Shown here in pieces: positions 50,167 through 58,842 of a stretch of DNA of 64,000 nt (position 1 is the first letter of the stretch; each line of letters starts with the position of its first letter). This DNA comes from Candidatus Eiseniibacteriota bacterium (GTDB taxonomy: Bacteria > Desulfobacterota > Binatia > DP-6). Location of the stretch: NCBI GenBank assembly GCA_035577985.1, contig DATJZY010000025.1, positions 66,229-130,228 of the forward strand. Reading direction: 5' to 3'. The notes beneath the pieces were generated by a model. That model was not told where the DNA came from. It did no database searches and saw only the letters and a program-made list of their open reading frames with translations. The position numbers were made by a program, and so were the translations under genes.

Positions 50167-50246
50167 CTTCAGCAATCCACCATCCGGCATTGTGCCGGGA
50201 ATCCCCGCGGGTTGCGAGGCAGCCACGCCGCTTCTATGGTCGACGC

Positions 50247-51365
50247 GTGACGCCGCGCGAGCTGCTTCGATCCATCCGCGACGAGCTGCGGAGCCAATTC
50301 CTCGAGCGCACCGAGCTGATCGACGGCGCGCTGCTCGGGCTCCTGGCCGGACAGCACGTGCTCGTGATCGGACCGCCGGGCACGGCGAAGTCGATGCTCG
50401 CCGACGAGGTGTGCCGGCGCATCACGGGCGCGCGATATTTCCAGTGGCTGCTGACGCGCTTCACGACGCCCGAGGAGCTCTTCGGCGCCGTCAGCCTGAA
50501 GGCGCTCGAGGCCGACGACTACCGGCGCCTCACGACCCACAAGCTGCCCGAGGCGCACGTCGCCTTCCTGGACGAGGTGTTCAAGGCGAGCTCGTCGATC
50601 CTGAACACCATCCTGACGCTCATGAACGAGCGCCGCTTCCACAACGGGCGCGAGGTGACGAGCGTCCCGCTGCTGACGCTGTTCGGCGCCTCCAACGAGC
50701 TGCCCGAGGACGACGAGCTGCTGGCGCTCCAGGACCGCTTCCTGCTTCGCTACGAGGTCCGCTACATCGAAGAGGACTTCCGGTTCCTGAAGCTGCTCCA
50801 GGCGAAGGGCCCCGACACCCGGACGACGATGACGCTCGCCGAGCTCGAGACGGCGCGCGCCGAGGCGGCGGCCCTGCCCGTGCCGGGTCAGGTGCTTCGC
50901 GCCGTGACCGACGTCCGGCGCGAGCTCGGCCGCAAGCAGGTGGTCGCGTCCGATCGGCGTTACGCGCAGGCGATCGGCCTCCTGCGCGCGCACGCCTACC
51001 TCGGTGGCCGCGAGGCCGTCGCCGAGGGCGACGTCGCGGTGCTCGAGCACGTCCTGTGGCGCGATCCCGCCGAGCGCCAGGCGGTGCGCGACACCATCCG
51101 CGAGCAGCTCCACGGCTACGAGGACGAGGCGCAGGTCCTGCTCTTCCAATCGCGCGAGCTGCGCGACTACGCGCTGCGGAGCTGGGAAACGACCGAGCTG
51201 CAGAGCCGTGCCGCCGTCGAGGCGCACACGAAGCTCCGCAGCATCGTCGGCAAGGTCGAGACGATCCTCTCCGACGCACAGTCGACCGGGCGCGCGACCA
51301 GCAAGGTCGAGTCCGTGCGCGACGAGATCCTGCAGATCCAGCGCGACATGCTGACGCGGCTCTGA
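50247..51365 (+). CDS. ravA: MoxR-class AAA+ ATPase, RavA-like
   Basis: GPPGTAKS Walker A; YFQWLLTRFTTPEELFG and LPEAHVAFLDEVFKASSSILNTILTLMNERRF align closely with my recollection of E. coli RavA; start could be TTG 50190 or GTG 50247. Confidence 0.75.
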   Translation: MTPRELLRSIRDELRSQFLERTELIDGALLGLLAGQHVLVIGPPGTAKSMLADEVCRRITGARYFQWLLTRFTTPEELFGAVSLKALEADDYRRLTTHKLPEAHVAFLDEVFKASSSILNTILTLMNERRFHNGREVTSVPLLTLFGASNELPEDDELLALQDRFLLRYEVRYIEEDFRFLKLLQAKGPDTRTTMTLAELETARAEAAALPVPGQVLRAVTDVRRELGRKQVVASDRRYAQAIGLLRAHAYLGGREAVAEGDVAVLEHVLWRDPAERQAVRDTIREQLHGYEDEAQVLLFQSRELRDYALRSWETTELQSRAAVEAHTKLRSIVGKVETILSDAQSTGRATSKVESVRDEILQIQRDMLTRL

Positions 51366-52906
51366 TGGCTCGCGCGCAGGCCCGCCGTGTCCGCAGCGTG
51401 CTCGTGCCCCCCAACGAGCACTGCTGGATCGAGAGCGACGGGTACGACCGGAGCGCGTTCGCCGAGCTGGTCGCCGAGAGCCCGTCGCTGGCGGCGCTGG
51501 TCGAGAGCGGTCGCGTCCTCGTGCCGCACTTCCGCGAGCTGCTGGAGGACGTCTTCTGCCTCCTCTTCAAGCTGAACCCGGTCTGGCGCACGGCCGACGA
51601 AGTGGCGCCGTCGGCCGCGCTCGGCGGCGCCCTGCTCGCGGGGCTCCGGGATCACCCGCTCGTCGAGCACGTGCGCAGCGAGACGCAGCTCGACGAGGCG
51701 CAGGCCGGGCTCGGCACCGTGCTGATCGGCGAGGAGCTGCTGCGGCTCTTGAAGCGCGAGGACATCCTCGCGCGCGGCGACCTGCTGGACCTCTGGGACC
51801 TCGACCGCCAGGAGAACGAGCTGCGACGCCGCGCGGAGGAGCTGGCGGCGATCGAAGAGGCCGGCGACGCGTCCGAGCGCGAGCAAGACGAGACGGCGCG
51901 CGCGGCGGAGGTCGCGGCCGCGATGCTGCGGCAGAAGGCGCATCGCGTCGGCGCTCGCCTCGCCGAGATGCCGGCGCGCGCGAAGAGCGCTCTGCCCGCC
52001 GCGACGGCCGGGCTCCAGCGCCAGCTCGCCGAGAGCCGCGACCACGCGCAGCGCTGGGGCGCGGGCGTCGGCGCCGGCGGCCGCGTCTCCGCCGGACGTC
52101 GCATCGAGCTCGGAAAGCGCCTCGCCACGAACCCGAAGCTGAAGCGCCTGGGCGCGCTCGTCGGGCGGATGCGGCAGCTCGCTCTCGCGCTCCGCTCGCG
52201 CACGACCGAGCGCCCGAGCGACGAGGTGTTCGCCGTCGAGCTCGCCGGGACGATCGAGCGGCTCCTGCCGCCCGAGCTGCTGGCGGTGCGCCATCCCGTC
52301 CTGCGGCGCGACTTCGCGCGCCGGCTCGTCGAGGGGCGGCTCCTCTCCTATCACCTGCGCGGCGTCGACGAGCGCGGTCGCGGCCCCATGATCGTGTGCC
52401 TCGACGGCTCGTCGTCCATGGCCGGCGACAAGGAGGTATGGGGCAAGGCCGTTGCCTTGACGCTGCTCGAGATCGCGCGCCGGCAGCGCCGGCTTTTCCG
52501 CTTCGTCTGCTTCTCGTCGAAGGAGGCGCCGCTCTACACGCTCGACTTGAATCCGCGCGAGCACCACGCCGTGCAGGTCGATCGGACGCTCGACCTGGCC
52601 GAGTACTTCCCCGGCGGCGGCACCGACTTCGAGGCGCCGATCGACGCCGCGCTCGCGACCCTGGCCGAGGCGCGCTATCGCCGCGGCGACGTCGTCCTCA
52701 TCACCGACGGCGAGTGCCGTGTGTCGCCCGAGTGGCTGGCGCGCTTCCGGCGCGAGAAGACGCGCCTCGAGTTCTCGCTGTTCTCGATCCTCATCGACGT
52801 CGGCGGTACGAGCGACGCCGAGACGCTGCGCGAGCTGTCGGATCGCCTGACGAGCGTCTCGCAGCTCACCGACGACGCCGCGCGGGAGCTGTTCCTCCGC
52901 CTGTGA
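51365..52906 (+). CDS. viaA: ViaA-like VWA-domain protein (RavA partner)
   Basis: TGATG overlap with ravA; C-terminal VWA with MIDAS MIVCLDGSSSMAG; long N-terminal helical region as in ViaA. Confidence 0.7.
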   Translation: MARAQARRVRSVLVPPNEHCWIESDGYDRSAFAELVAESPSLAALVESGRVLVPHFRELLEDVFCLLFKLNPVWRTADEVAPSAALGGALLAGLRDHPLVEHVRSETQLDEAQAGLGTVLIGEELLRLLKREDILARGDLLDLWDLDRQENELRRRAEELAAIEEAGDASEREQDETARAAEVAAAMLRQKAHRVGARLAEMPARAKSALPAATAGLQRQLAESRDHAQRWGAGVGAGGRVSAGRRIELGKRLATNPKLKRLGALVGRMRQLALALRSRTTERPSDEVFAVELAGTIERLLPPELLAVRHPVLRRDFARRLVEGRLLSYHLRGVDERGRGPMIVCLDGSSSMAGDKEVWGKAVALTLLEIARRQRRLFRFVCFSSKEAPLYTLDLNPREHHAVQVDRTLDLAEYFPGGGTDFEAPIDAALATLAEARYRRGDVVLITDGECRVSPEWLARFRREKTRLEFSLFSILIDVGGTSDAETLRELSDRLTSVSQLTDDAARELFLRL

Positions 52907-54018
52907 CGGGGCCCCTCGCCGGCATCCGCGTGCTCGACCTCGCCGACCAGACGGGCGCGTTCGCCGGCAAGCTGCTCGCGGGCCTCGGCGCCGACGTCGT
53001 CCTCGCCGAGCCGCCGGGCGGGAGCCCGCTCCGCACGATCCCGCCCTTCTGGCAGGGCGCGCCCGACCCGGAGCGGAGCCTCTTCTTCTGGTTCTACGCC
53101 GCCGGCAAGCGAAGCGTGGTCGCCGATCCCGCGCAGACGGCCGCGCTCGCGGCCGCCGCCGACGTCGTCGTCGAAACGGGCTTCCCGAGCCGTGCCGACG
53201 CGTGGCGTGCCGCGCACCCGCGCCTCGTCGTCGCCTCGATCACGCCGTTCGGGCACGCGGGGCCGTACCGCGAGTGGCGCTCCTCGGACACCGTCGCGCA
53301 GGCGATCGGCGGGCTCGCGCACGTGAACGGCCATCCCGACGGGCCGCCGCTCCGCGCGCTCGGCCTCCAGGCCTATCACCAGGCCGGCGTCTTCGCGGCG
53401 ATCGGCGTCCTGGCGGCGCTCCTCGCGCGCGAGACGTCGGGACGCGGCCAGCTCGTCGACGTGAGCCTCGAGGCCGCGGTCGCGGGATCGCTCGAGCACG
53501 TGCCCGGCTTCTTCCACCAGAGCGGGCTCGTGGCGCGCCGGCAGGGGACGCTGCACTGGACGCGGTTCTTCCGCGTCGGGCGCTGCAAGGACGGCTGGGT
53601 CATGCACTGCACGCTCGGCGACTGGACGTCGCTCTTCGAGTGGATGCGCGCCGACGGCTTCGGCGCCGCGTTCGAGGATCCCGCCTTCGAAGGGACGATG
53701 CACCGCCAGAAGAACGCCGAGGCCCTGTTCGACGAGCTGGATCGCTGGGCCGCCGGCTACACGGTCGCCGAGCTCTACGAGGGTGCGCAGCTCCGGCGGC
53801 TGCCGTACGCCGCCGTGCGGCCGCCCGAGGCGCTGCTCGCCGATCCGCACCTCGCCGAGCGCGGCTTCTTCGTGCCGATCGAGCACCCCGACCTCGGCCT
53901 GACGCTCCCGTATCCCGGCGCGCCCTTCGTCATGAGCGAGACGCCGTGGCGCGTCGCGCGGCCACCGCGCGTGGACGAGCACGGCCCCCAGGTGCACCGC
54001 GACTGGCGCGTCACCTGA
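52903..54018 (+). CDS. Family III CoA-transferase (CaiB/BaiF)
   Basis: GTGA overlap with viaA stop; N-terminus GPLAGIRVLDLADQTGAFAGKLLAGLGADVV typical of CaiB/BaiF. Confidence 0.8.
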   Translation: MTGPLAGIRVLDLADQTGAFAGKLLAGLGADVVLAEPPGGSPLRTIPPFWQGAPDPERSLFFWFYAAGKRSVVADPAQTAALAAAADVVVETGFPSRADAWRAAHPRLVVASITPFGHAGPYREWRSSDTVAQAIGGLAHVNGHPDGPPLRALGLQAYHQAGVFAAIGVLAALLARETSGRGQLVDVSLEAAVAGSLEHVPGFFHQSGLVARRQGTLHWTRFFRVGRCKDGWVMHCTLGDWTSLFEWMRADGFGAAFEDPAFEGTMHRQKNAEALFDELDRWAAGYTVAELYEGAQLRRLPYAAVRPPEALLADPHLAERGFFVPIEHPDLGLTLPYPGAPFVMSETPWRVARPPRVDEHGPQVHRDWRVT

Positions 54019-54916
54019 CCGCGGTCCAGCGAAACGGCGCCAGGAGCTGCCCCGTCCAGGTGGTCGGGAAGCGCGGCATGCCGGCGATGCCGACGGGGCC
54101 CGCGAAACCACGATCACGCGGCCGGAAGAAGGTGCCGAACACGAGATCCCACGTGATCAGGATCGCGCCGTAGTTCGCGTTGCCTTCGCGCGGGTCGGTC
54201 GAGTGATGCCAGCGATGGAGCTCCGGTGTGCTGAAGAGCCAGCTCGCGACGCCCGAGCGGAGGTCGACGTTGCAGTGCTGGAGCTGTCCGTAGCAGGACG
54301 AGAAGATCGAGTAGAGCAGGAAGACGCGCGGCGGGATGCCGAGCAGGAAGAGCGGCAGCGTCTGGCAGGCGACCAGCGCCGCGAGGTCGAGCGGATGGAA
54401 GCGCGTCGCGTTCAGCCAGTACAGACGCGGTGCGCTGTGGTGGACGGCGTGGAGCCGCCATGCCCACGCGCGCTCGTGCGTCACGCGGTGGAACCAGTAG
54501 TGCCCGAACTCCGCGATGAGAACGGCCAGGAAGAGCTGCGCGGCGATCGGCAGCGCGGACGGCCAGAGCCCGGTGCCGAGCCGGTTCGCCAGCCATGGGG
54601 AGCACACGACCGCCAGGCCACCGGCGACGGCCAGGCCGAGCTGGCTCGCCGCCGTCCCCGTGACGACGAGGTGCGTGACGTCGGTGCGCACGTCGCCGTG
54701 GGCGCGGCCCCACTCGGCGCGATGCGGGAATGCGCGCTCGAGCCCGGCGATGAGCGCGTACGTGACGATGAGGAACGCCACGTACACCGCACCGTCGATG
54801 GCCGGTGTGCGGGGCGCGTCAGGCGCGGTCGCCCAGATCGCGATCGCGGCCGTGCCGATCGTGAAAGCGGGGAAGAGCCCCCACGCGACGGCGGCTCGGA
54901 GCGCGCGATCCACCAC
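54011..54916 (-). CDS. Fatty-acid hydroxylase/sterol desaturase superfamily membrane protein
   Basis: Three His boxes HYWFHRVTHE, HAVHHS, HRWHHS within a polytopic region; start inferred as GTG about 54916 (no in-frame ATG); track fuses it with unrelated upstream frame 54011..56815. Confidence 0.65.
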   Translation of the reverse strand: MVDRALRAAVAWGLFPAFTIGTAAIAIWATAPDAPRTPAIDGAVYVAFLIVTYALIAGLERAFPHRAEWGRAHGDVRTDVTHLVVTGTAASQLGLAVAGGLAVVCSPWLANRLGTGLWPSALPIAAQLFLAVLIAEFGHYWFHRVTHERAWAWRLHAVHHSAPRLYWLNATRFHPLDLAALVACQTLPLFLLGIPPRVFLLYSIFSSCYGQLQHCNVDLRSGVASWLFSTPELHRWHHSTDPREGNANYGAILITWDLVFGTFFRPRDRGFAGPVGIAGMPRFPTTWTGQLLAPFRWTAVR

Positions 54917-54921
54917 CGGCG

Positions 54922-56799
54922 TCAGCCGAGGGCGGCGAGCAACTGCTTCAGATCGTCGTAGATGGATCGTGTTTCGCCCAGCAGCGGCATCCGCGTTGCG
55001 TCGGGAATGATCTTCCGGGCGGATCGCGATTTCAAGCGGTGCTGGAGGGTGCTCAGGCGCCTGACCGCCTTCTTCACGACGTTTTTCTGCTTCTTCGCCC
55101 CACCGAGGCCTTCGGCTGCCTGCAGCTTCTCGCGCACCTTCGCCGCGATCATGACGAGACCGTTCTGCAGTCGCCCCAGGTCGCTCGCGGCCTGCAGCCG
55201 CGTCACGAGGGCGTCGAGCCGGCATTCGATCGACTCGAAGGTCGCAACGGCTCGGCAGCCCGGGAGCGTCGTGGTGCTCGTCGTGGTCGACGTCGACGTC
55301 TCGCAGGTCTCCAGTGGATCGGGGGCCCGCTCGTAGGATCCGATGTCGCACCGCTTCCCCACGGGTCGCGTGACTCCACGCTGGTCGACGATCTCGCACG
55401 CGTCGCCACCGCTGCCGACCGGTCCGGGGCTTCCCGCTTCGATCGCCGGGCTGCACGACAGAAGGACGTGCAGCGCCGTCGGACCTCCTTCCACGACGGC
55501 GAGCTCGTCGAGCATCGGATCGACACCCGTGACGTCGCCCGGGCCTGCGAGCCGACTGCAGTCGGCCGAGTTCTCGATGAGCGAGTAGCCGTCCGATACC
55601 AGCGTCTGCGGGTTCCCGACCGATTCCGTGAAGCAGTCGGGTCCGGCGGTGGGGAGCGGCGGGTCTGCGGTCGTGGTGTTGTCCGCAATGATCGTGTTCC
55701 GAACGTGGAAGGTCCCTGAATCGAGGGCGACTCCTCCGCCACGTGCTGCGGGTACGGTCCCGACGAGCGGCAGCGGCGGCGATCTGTCGACGGCATTGCG
55801 TGCGATGGTGACGTTGCTGAGGCTCCACGACCCTCCGCCCTGCGCCGAGATCCCGCCGCCCTCGGCGCGTCCCAACCAGTCGACGAATACGGCGTTCGAG
55901 CTGATCGTGCTGTTGACGATCGTGAAGGTGGCGCCGCCCGCCTCGCCAATGCCGCCTCCGAGGCCGTCGCCGTTCGGGACGGAGATCGTGTTGCCGACGA
56001 TGGTCGAACGCTCGATCGTCCAGGTGGCCATTCCCCGATCCGAGATGCCGGCACCCTCGGCGTTTGCGTCGATCGAACCGGCTGTGTTCCCACCGATCGT
56101 CGACTCGACGATGGTGACGTTCGCGGGAGCGCTCGCCGAAATGCCCCCTCCATAGACCGACCCCGTCGACACCGTCACGGAGTTGACCACGAGCCGACTG
56201 CGCGTGATCGTGACCGTCGCGGCGGCGGACAGCTGGATCGCGCCACCCTCGGCCGCTTGGTTGTTGCTGAAGCTGGAGTCCGTGATCGCTACGCTCGGGC
56301 TCGCTCCCGCTACGAAGAGTCCGCCGCCGAGACACCCGTCGCCGCAGCGGTTGGCGTTGACCTGGCTGCTCACGAGCGCGAGCTTTCCGCCATCGACCCG
56401 GATGCCGCCGCCATGATCGCCAGGCTCCGTCAGGCGACCGCCCATCAGCACGACGTGCTCGAACGTCAGATCGCCCGACGGTGCGACCTCGACGATGCGA
56501 AACGAAGCCACTGCGCCCGGCGCCCGCGCGATGCTGGAATCCGGCCCGCCGCTCACCGATGCCGATCCGACGATCGTGATCTTGCTGGTGACGACCGGCA
56601 GCCCATTTACCCCGTTGTCCGCTGCGGGAAGCGAGTAGACCTCTCCGGGTGCGAGGTTGATCGTGTCGTCCTCCGCGCTCGCGTTGGCCGCAGCGATGGC
56701 GGCGACCAGCGCCGGGACGTCGCCCGCCGGAACGTCGACGACCGCAGCTACGGCGGCGCGCGAGACGATCACGGCGATGAGGGCGACGATCGAGCGCAC
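54922..56799 (-). CDS. Secreted right-handed beta-helix protein ending in CDIGSYE motif, Thr-rich linker and Lys-rich C-terminal helical tail
   Basis: Signal peptide MRSIVALIAVIVSRAAVA; repeated GG..NT/NS..I/V beta-helix rungs; CDIGSYE; TSTSTTTSTTTLPG; KKQKNVVKKAVRRL tail. Confidence 0.75.
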   Translation of the reverse strand: MRSIVALIAVIVSRAAVAAVVDVPAGDVPALVAAIAAANASAEDDTINLAPGEVYSLPAADNGVNGLPVVTSKITIVGSASVSGGPDSSIARAPGAVASFRIVEVAPSGDLTFEHVVLMGGRLTEPGDHGGGIRVDGGKLALVSSQVNANRCGDGCLGGGLFVAGASPSVAITDSSFSNNQAAEGGAIQLSAAATVTITRSRLVVNSVTVSTGSVYGGGISASAPANVTIVESTIGGNTAGSIDANAEGAGISDRGMATWTIERSTIVGNTISVPNGDGLGGGIGEAGGATFTIVNSTISSNAVFVDWLGRAEGGGISAQGGGSWSLSNVTIARNAVDRSPPLPLVGTVPAARGGGVALDSGTFHVRNTIIADNTTTADPPLPTAGPDCFTESVGNPQTLVSDGYSLIENSADCSRLAGPGDVTGVDPMLDELAVVEGGPTALHVLLSCSPAIEAGSPGPVGSGGDACEIVDQRGVTRPVGKRCDIGSYERAPDPLETCETSTSTTTSTTTLPGCRAVATFESIECRLDALVTRLQAASDLGRLQNGLVMIAAKVREKLQAAEGLGGAKKQKNVVKKAVRRLSTLQHRLKSRSARKIIPDATRMPLLGETRSIYDDLKQLLAALG

Positions 56800-56954
56800 G
56801 CTCCTCCCTACTCACGGCTCCCGCCGAGGTGTCAACGCTTTTCTGCTCGACGTGTCACGATCGGCACAGGCCCAGGGCAAAAAGGGATGCACGGCTTGTA
56901 ACGCCTCCCGAGCCACGGGATGGTGCCGAACGCTTCGATGGAGCGTGGGATCGC

Positions 56955-58799
56955 ATGATCAGCCTGGTTCGACCACCGTGCGACGAGGGCGTCGTCCGCG
57001 GCGCACCCGAGACGCCCGGATGTGCCTCGCACGCCAAACGCTGGGTCCTGCTGGCGACCATACTGGGCTCGAGCGTCGCGTTCCTCGAGGCGTCGGTGAT
57101 CAACGTCGCCCTGCCCGCCATCCAGACGGCGCTCGGCGCCTCGATGGCGGGGATGCAGTGGGTCGCCAGCGCGTACACGCTCCTGCTCGCCGCGCTGACC
57201 CTGGCCGGCGGCGCGGCGGGTGACCGCTTCGGCACGCGACGCCTGTTCGCGGCGGGGACGGCCATCCTCGGCCTCGCCTCCGTCGGGTGCGGGCTAGCGA
57301 CGACGTCGTCGCAACTGATTGCGGGCCGTGCGATCCAGGGCTGCGGCGCCGCGCTGCTCGTGCCGAACAGCCTCGCGCTTCTCAGCGCATCGTTTCCGAC
57401 TGCCGAGCGCGGCCGCGTGATCGGCACCTGGTCCGCCTTCACCGCCCTCACGGGCGCCGTGGGCCCGATTCTCGGAGGGTGGCTCGTCGACCTGGTGTCG
57501 TGGCGGGCCGGATTCCTGTCGATCGTGCCGCTCGCGATCGCGACCCTGGTGGTGACACACCTGCGCGTGCCGGACCCGCCGCGGCGACGGGTCGTGCGCG
57601 CGGTCGACTGGTGGGGAGCCGCGCTCGCGACGGCGGGGCTCACGGGCTTCGTCTTCGCGATCATCGCGTCCGGGTCGAGCGGGACGCCGCCGGGGCTGCC
57701 GATCGCCGCCCTCGTCGTCGGGATCGCCGGTGTCGCCGGCTTCGCGGTCCTCGAATCGCGGTCGCAAGCGCCCATGGTCCCGCCGGCGTTGTTTCGTTCG
57801 GGGACGTTTCGCGGCGTGAACCTGCTCACCTTGCTGCTGTACTTCGGGGTGAGCGCGGCCTTCTTCGTGCTCCCCTTCAACCTGATCCAGGTCCAGGGCT
57901 ACTCCGCGACGCTGACGGGCGCGGCCTATCTCCCGTTCGCCCTCCTCGTCGGCGGGCTGTCGCGCTCGGTCGGCACGCTCGGCGATCGACTCGGCGTGAA
58001 GCCGCTCCTCGTCGTGGGGCCCCTCGTCGCCGCCGCCGGCCTCGCCCTGTTCGCGTTGCCGCGCATCGGCGGGTCGTATTGGACGACCTTCTTCCCGCCC
58101 ATGCTGCTGACGGGCATCGGGATGGCGCTCACCGTCGCACCGCTGACCTCGACGGTCATGGGAACGGTCACCCCGAGCGAGGCCGGCGTCGCCTCCGGCG
58201 TCAACAACACGGTCGCGCGTGTGGCGGCGCTGCTCGCCGTCGCGATCGTCGGCACGCTCACCCTGCCGCTGTTCTCCCGGGCCCTCACCCGCCGGCTCGA
58301 GCCGGTCGCCGTGACACCGGCGGTCCGCCAATTGCTCCTCGCCGAGCGTCGCAGCCTGGCCGACATCGCGATCCCCGCGTCGATCGCCGGCAGCGAGCGG
58401 CCGGTGCTCCAGCGCCTCGTCGGCGACGCGTTCGTCGAGAGCTTCCAGTGGGTCGCCATCATCAGCGCGTGCTGCGCGCTCGCAGGTGCGATCGGCGCCG
58501 CTGCGTTGATCCAGGTCGTCGCACCCGCCGGCGCGGACGACGCGACGGCGGCGTGTGGCCACCTGGATCAGATCCGCGAGCTGCCGGTCGGTGAGCTGAG
58601 CTGCCCGGAGTGCCTGGCCCGTGGAGACGCGTGGGTCCACCTCCGGCTCTGCCTCACCTGCGGGCACGTCGGGTGCTGCGACTCGTCGAAGAACCGTCAC
58701 GCGTCGGCGCACTTCTGGGCCACCAGGCACCCGATCGTCCGGTCGCTGGAGCCCGGCGAGGATTGGCGCTGGTGCTACGTCGACGAGATCGTCGTGTAG
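56955..58799 (+). CDS. MFS transporter (14-TM, DHA2/EmrB-like) fused to C-terminal UBP-type zinc-finger (zf-UBP) domain
   Basis: MFS motif A region (GDRFGTRR), 14 hydrophobic segments; C-terminus CPECLARGDAWVHLRLCLTCGHVGCCDSSKNRHASAHF...WRWCYVD matches zf-UBP Cys/His pattern. Confidence 0.75.
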   Translation: MISLVRPPCDEGVVRGAPETPGCASHAKRWVLLATILGSSVAFLEASVINVALPAIQTALGASMAGMQWVASAYTLLLAALTLAGGAAGDRFGTRRLFAAGTAILGLASVGCGLATTSSQLIAGRAIQGCGAALLVPNSLALLSASFPTAERGRVIGTWSAFTALTGAVGPILGGWLVDLVSWRAGFLSIVPLAIATLVVTHLRVPDPPRRRVVRAVDWWGAALATAGLTGFVFAIIASGSSGTPPGLPIAALVVGIAGVAGFAVLESRSQAPMVPPALFRSGTFRGVNLLTLLLYFGVSAAFFVLPFNLIQVQGYSATLTGAAYLPFALLVGGLSRSVGTLGDRLGVKPLLVVGPLVAAAGLALFALPRIGGSYWTTFFPPMLLTGIGMALTVAPLTSTVMGTVTPSEAGVASGVNNTVARVAALLAVAIVGTLTLPLFSRALTRRLEPVAVTPAVRQLLLAERRSLADIAIPASIAGSERPVLQRLVGDAFVESFQWVAIISACCALAGAIGAAALIQVVAPAGADDATAACGHLDQIRELPVGELSCPECLARGDAWVHLRLCLTCGHVGCCDSSKNRHASAHFWATRHPIVRSLEPGEDWRWCYVDEIVV

Positions 58800-58842
58800 C
58801 GGAGCCGGCGGTTGCCGGTGCGGCGGCACCTTCGCGCCCGCC

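Noticed and set aside
49099-50226. Reading the LOG gene as a 'lysine decarboxylase' (tempting given the adjacent RavA-ViaA, which binds LdcI in E. coli)
   Set aside because: The GGGxGxM and PGGxGTxxE motifs define the LOG/TIGR00730 family, which is not PLP-dependent. The historical 'lysine decarboxylase' label for this family is a known mis-annotation.
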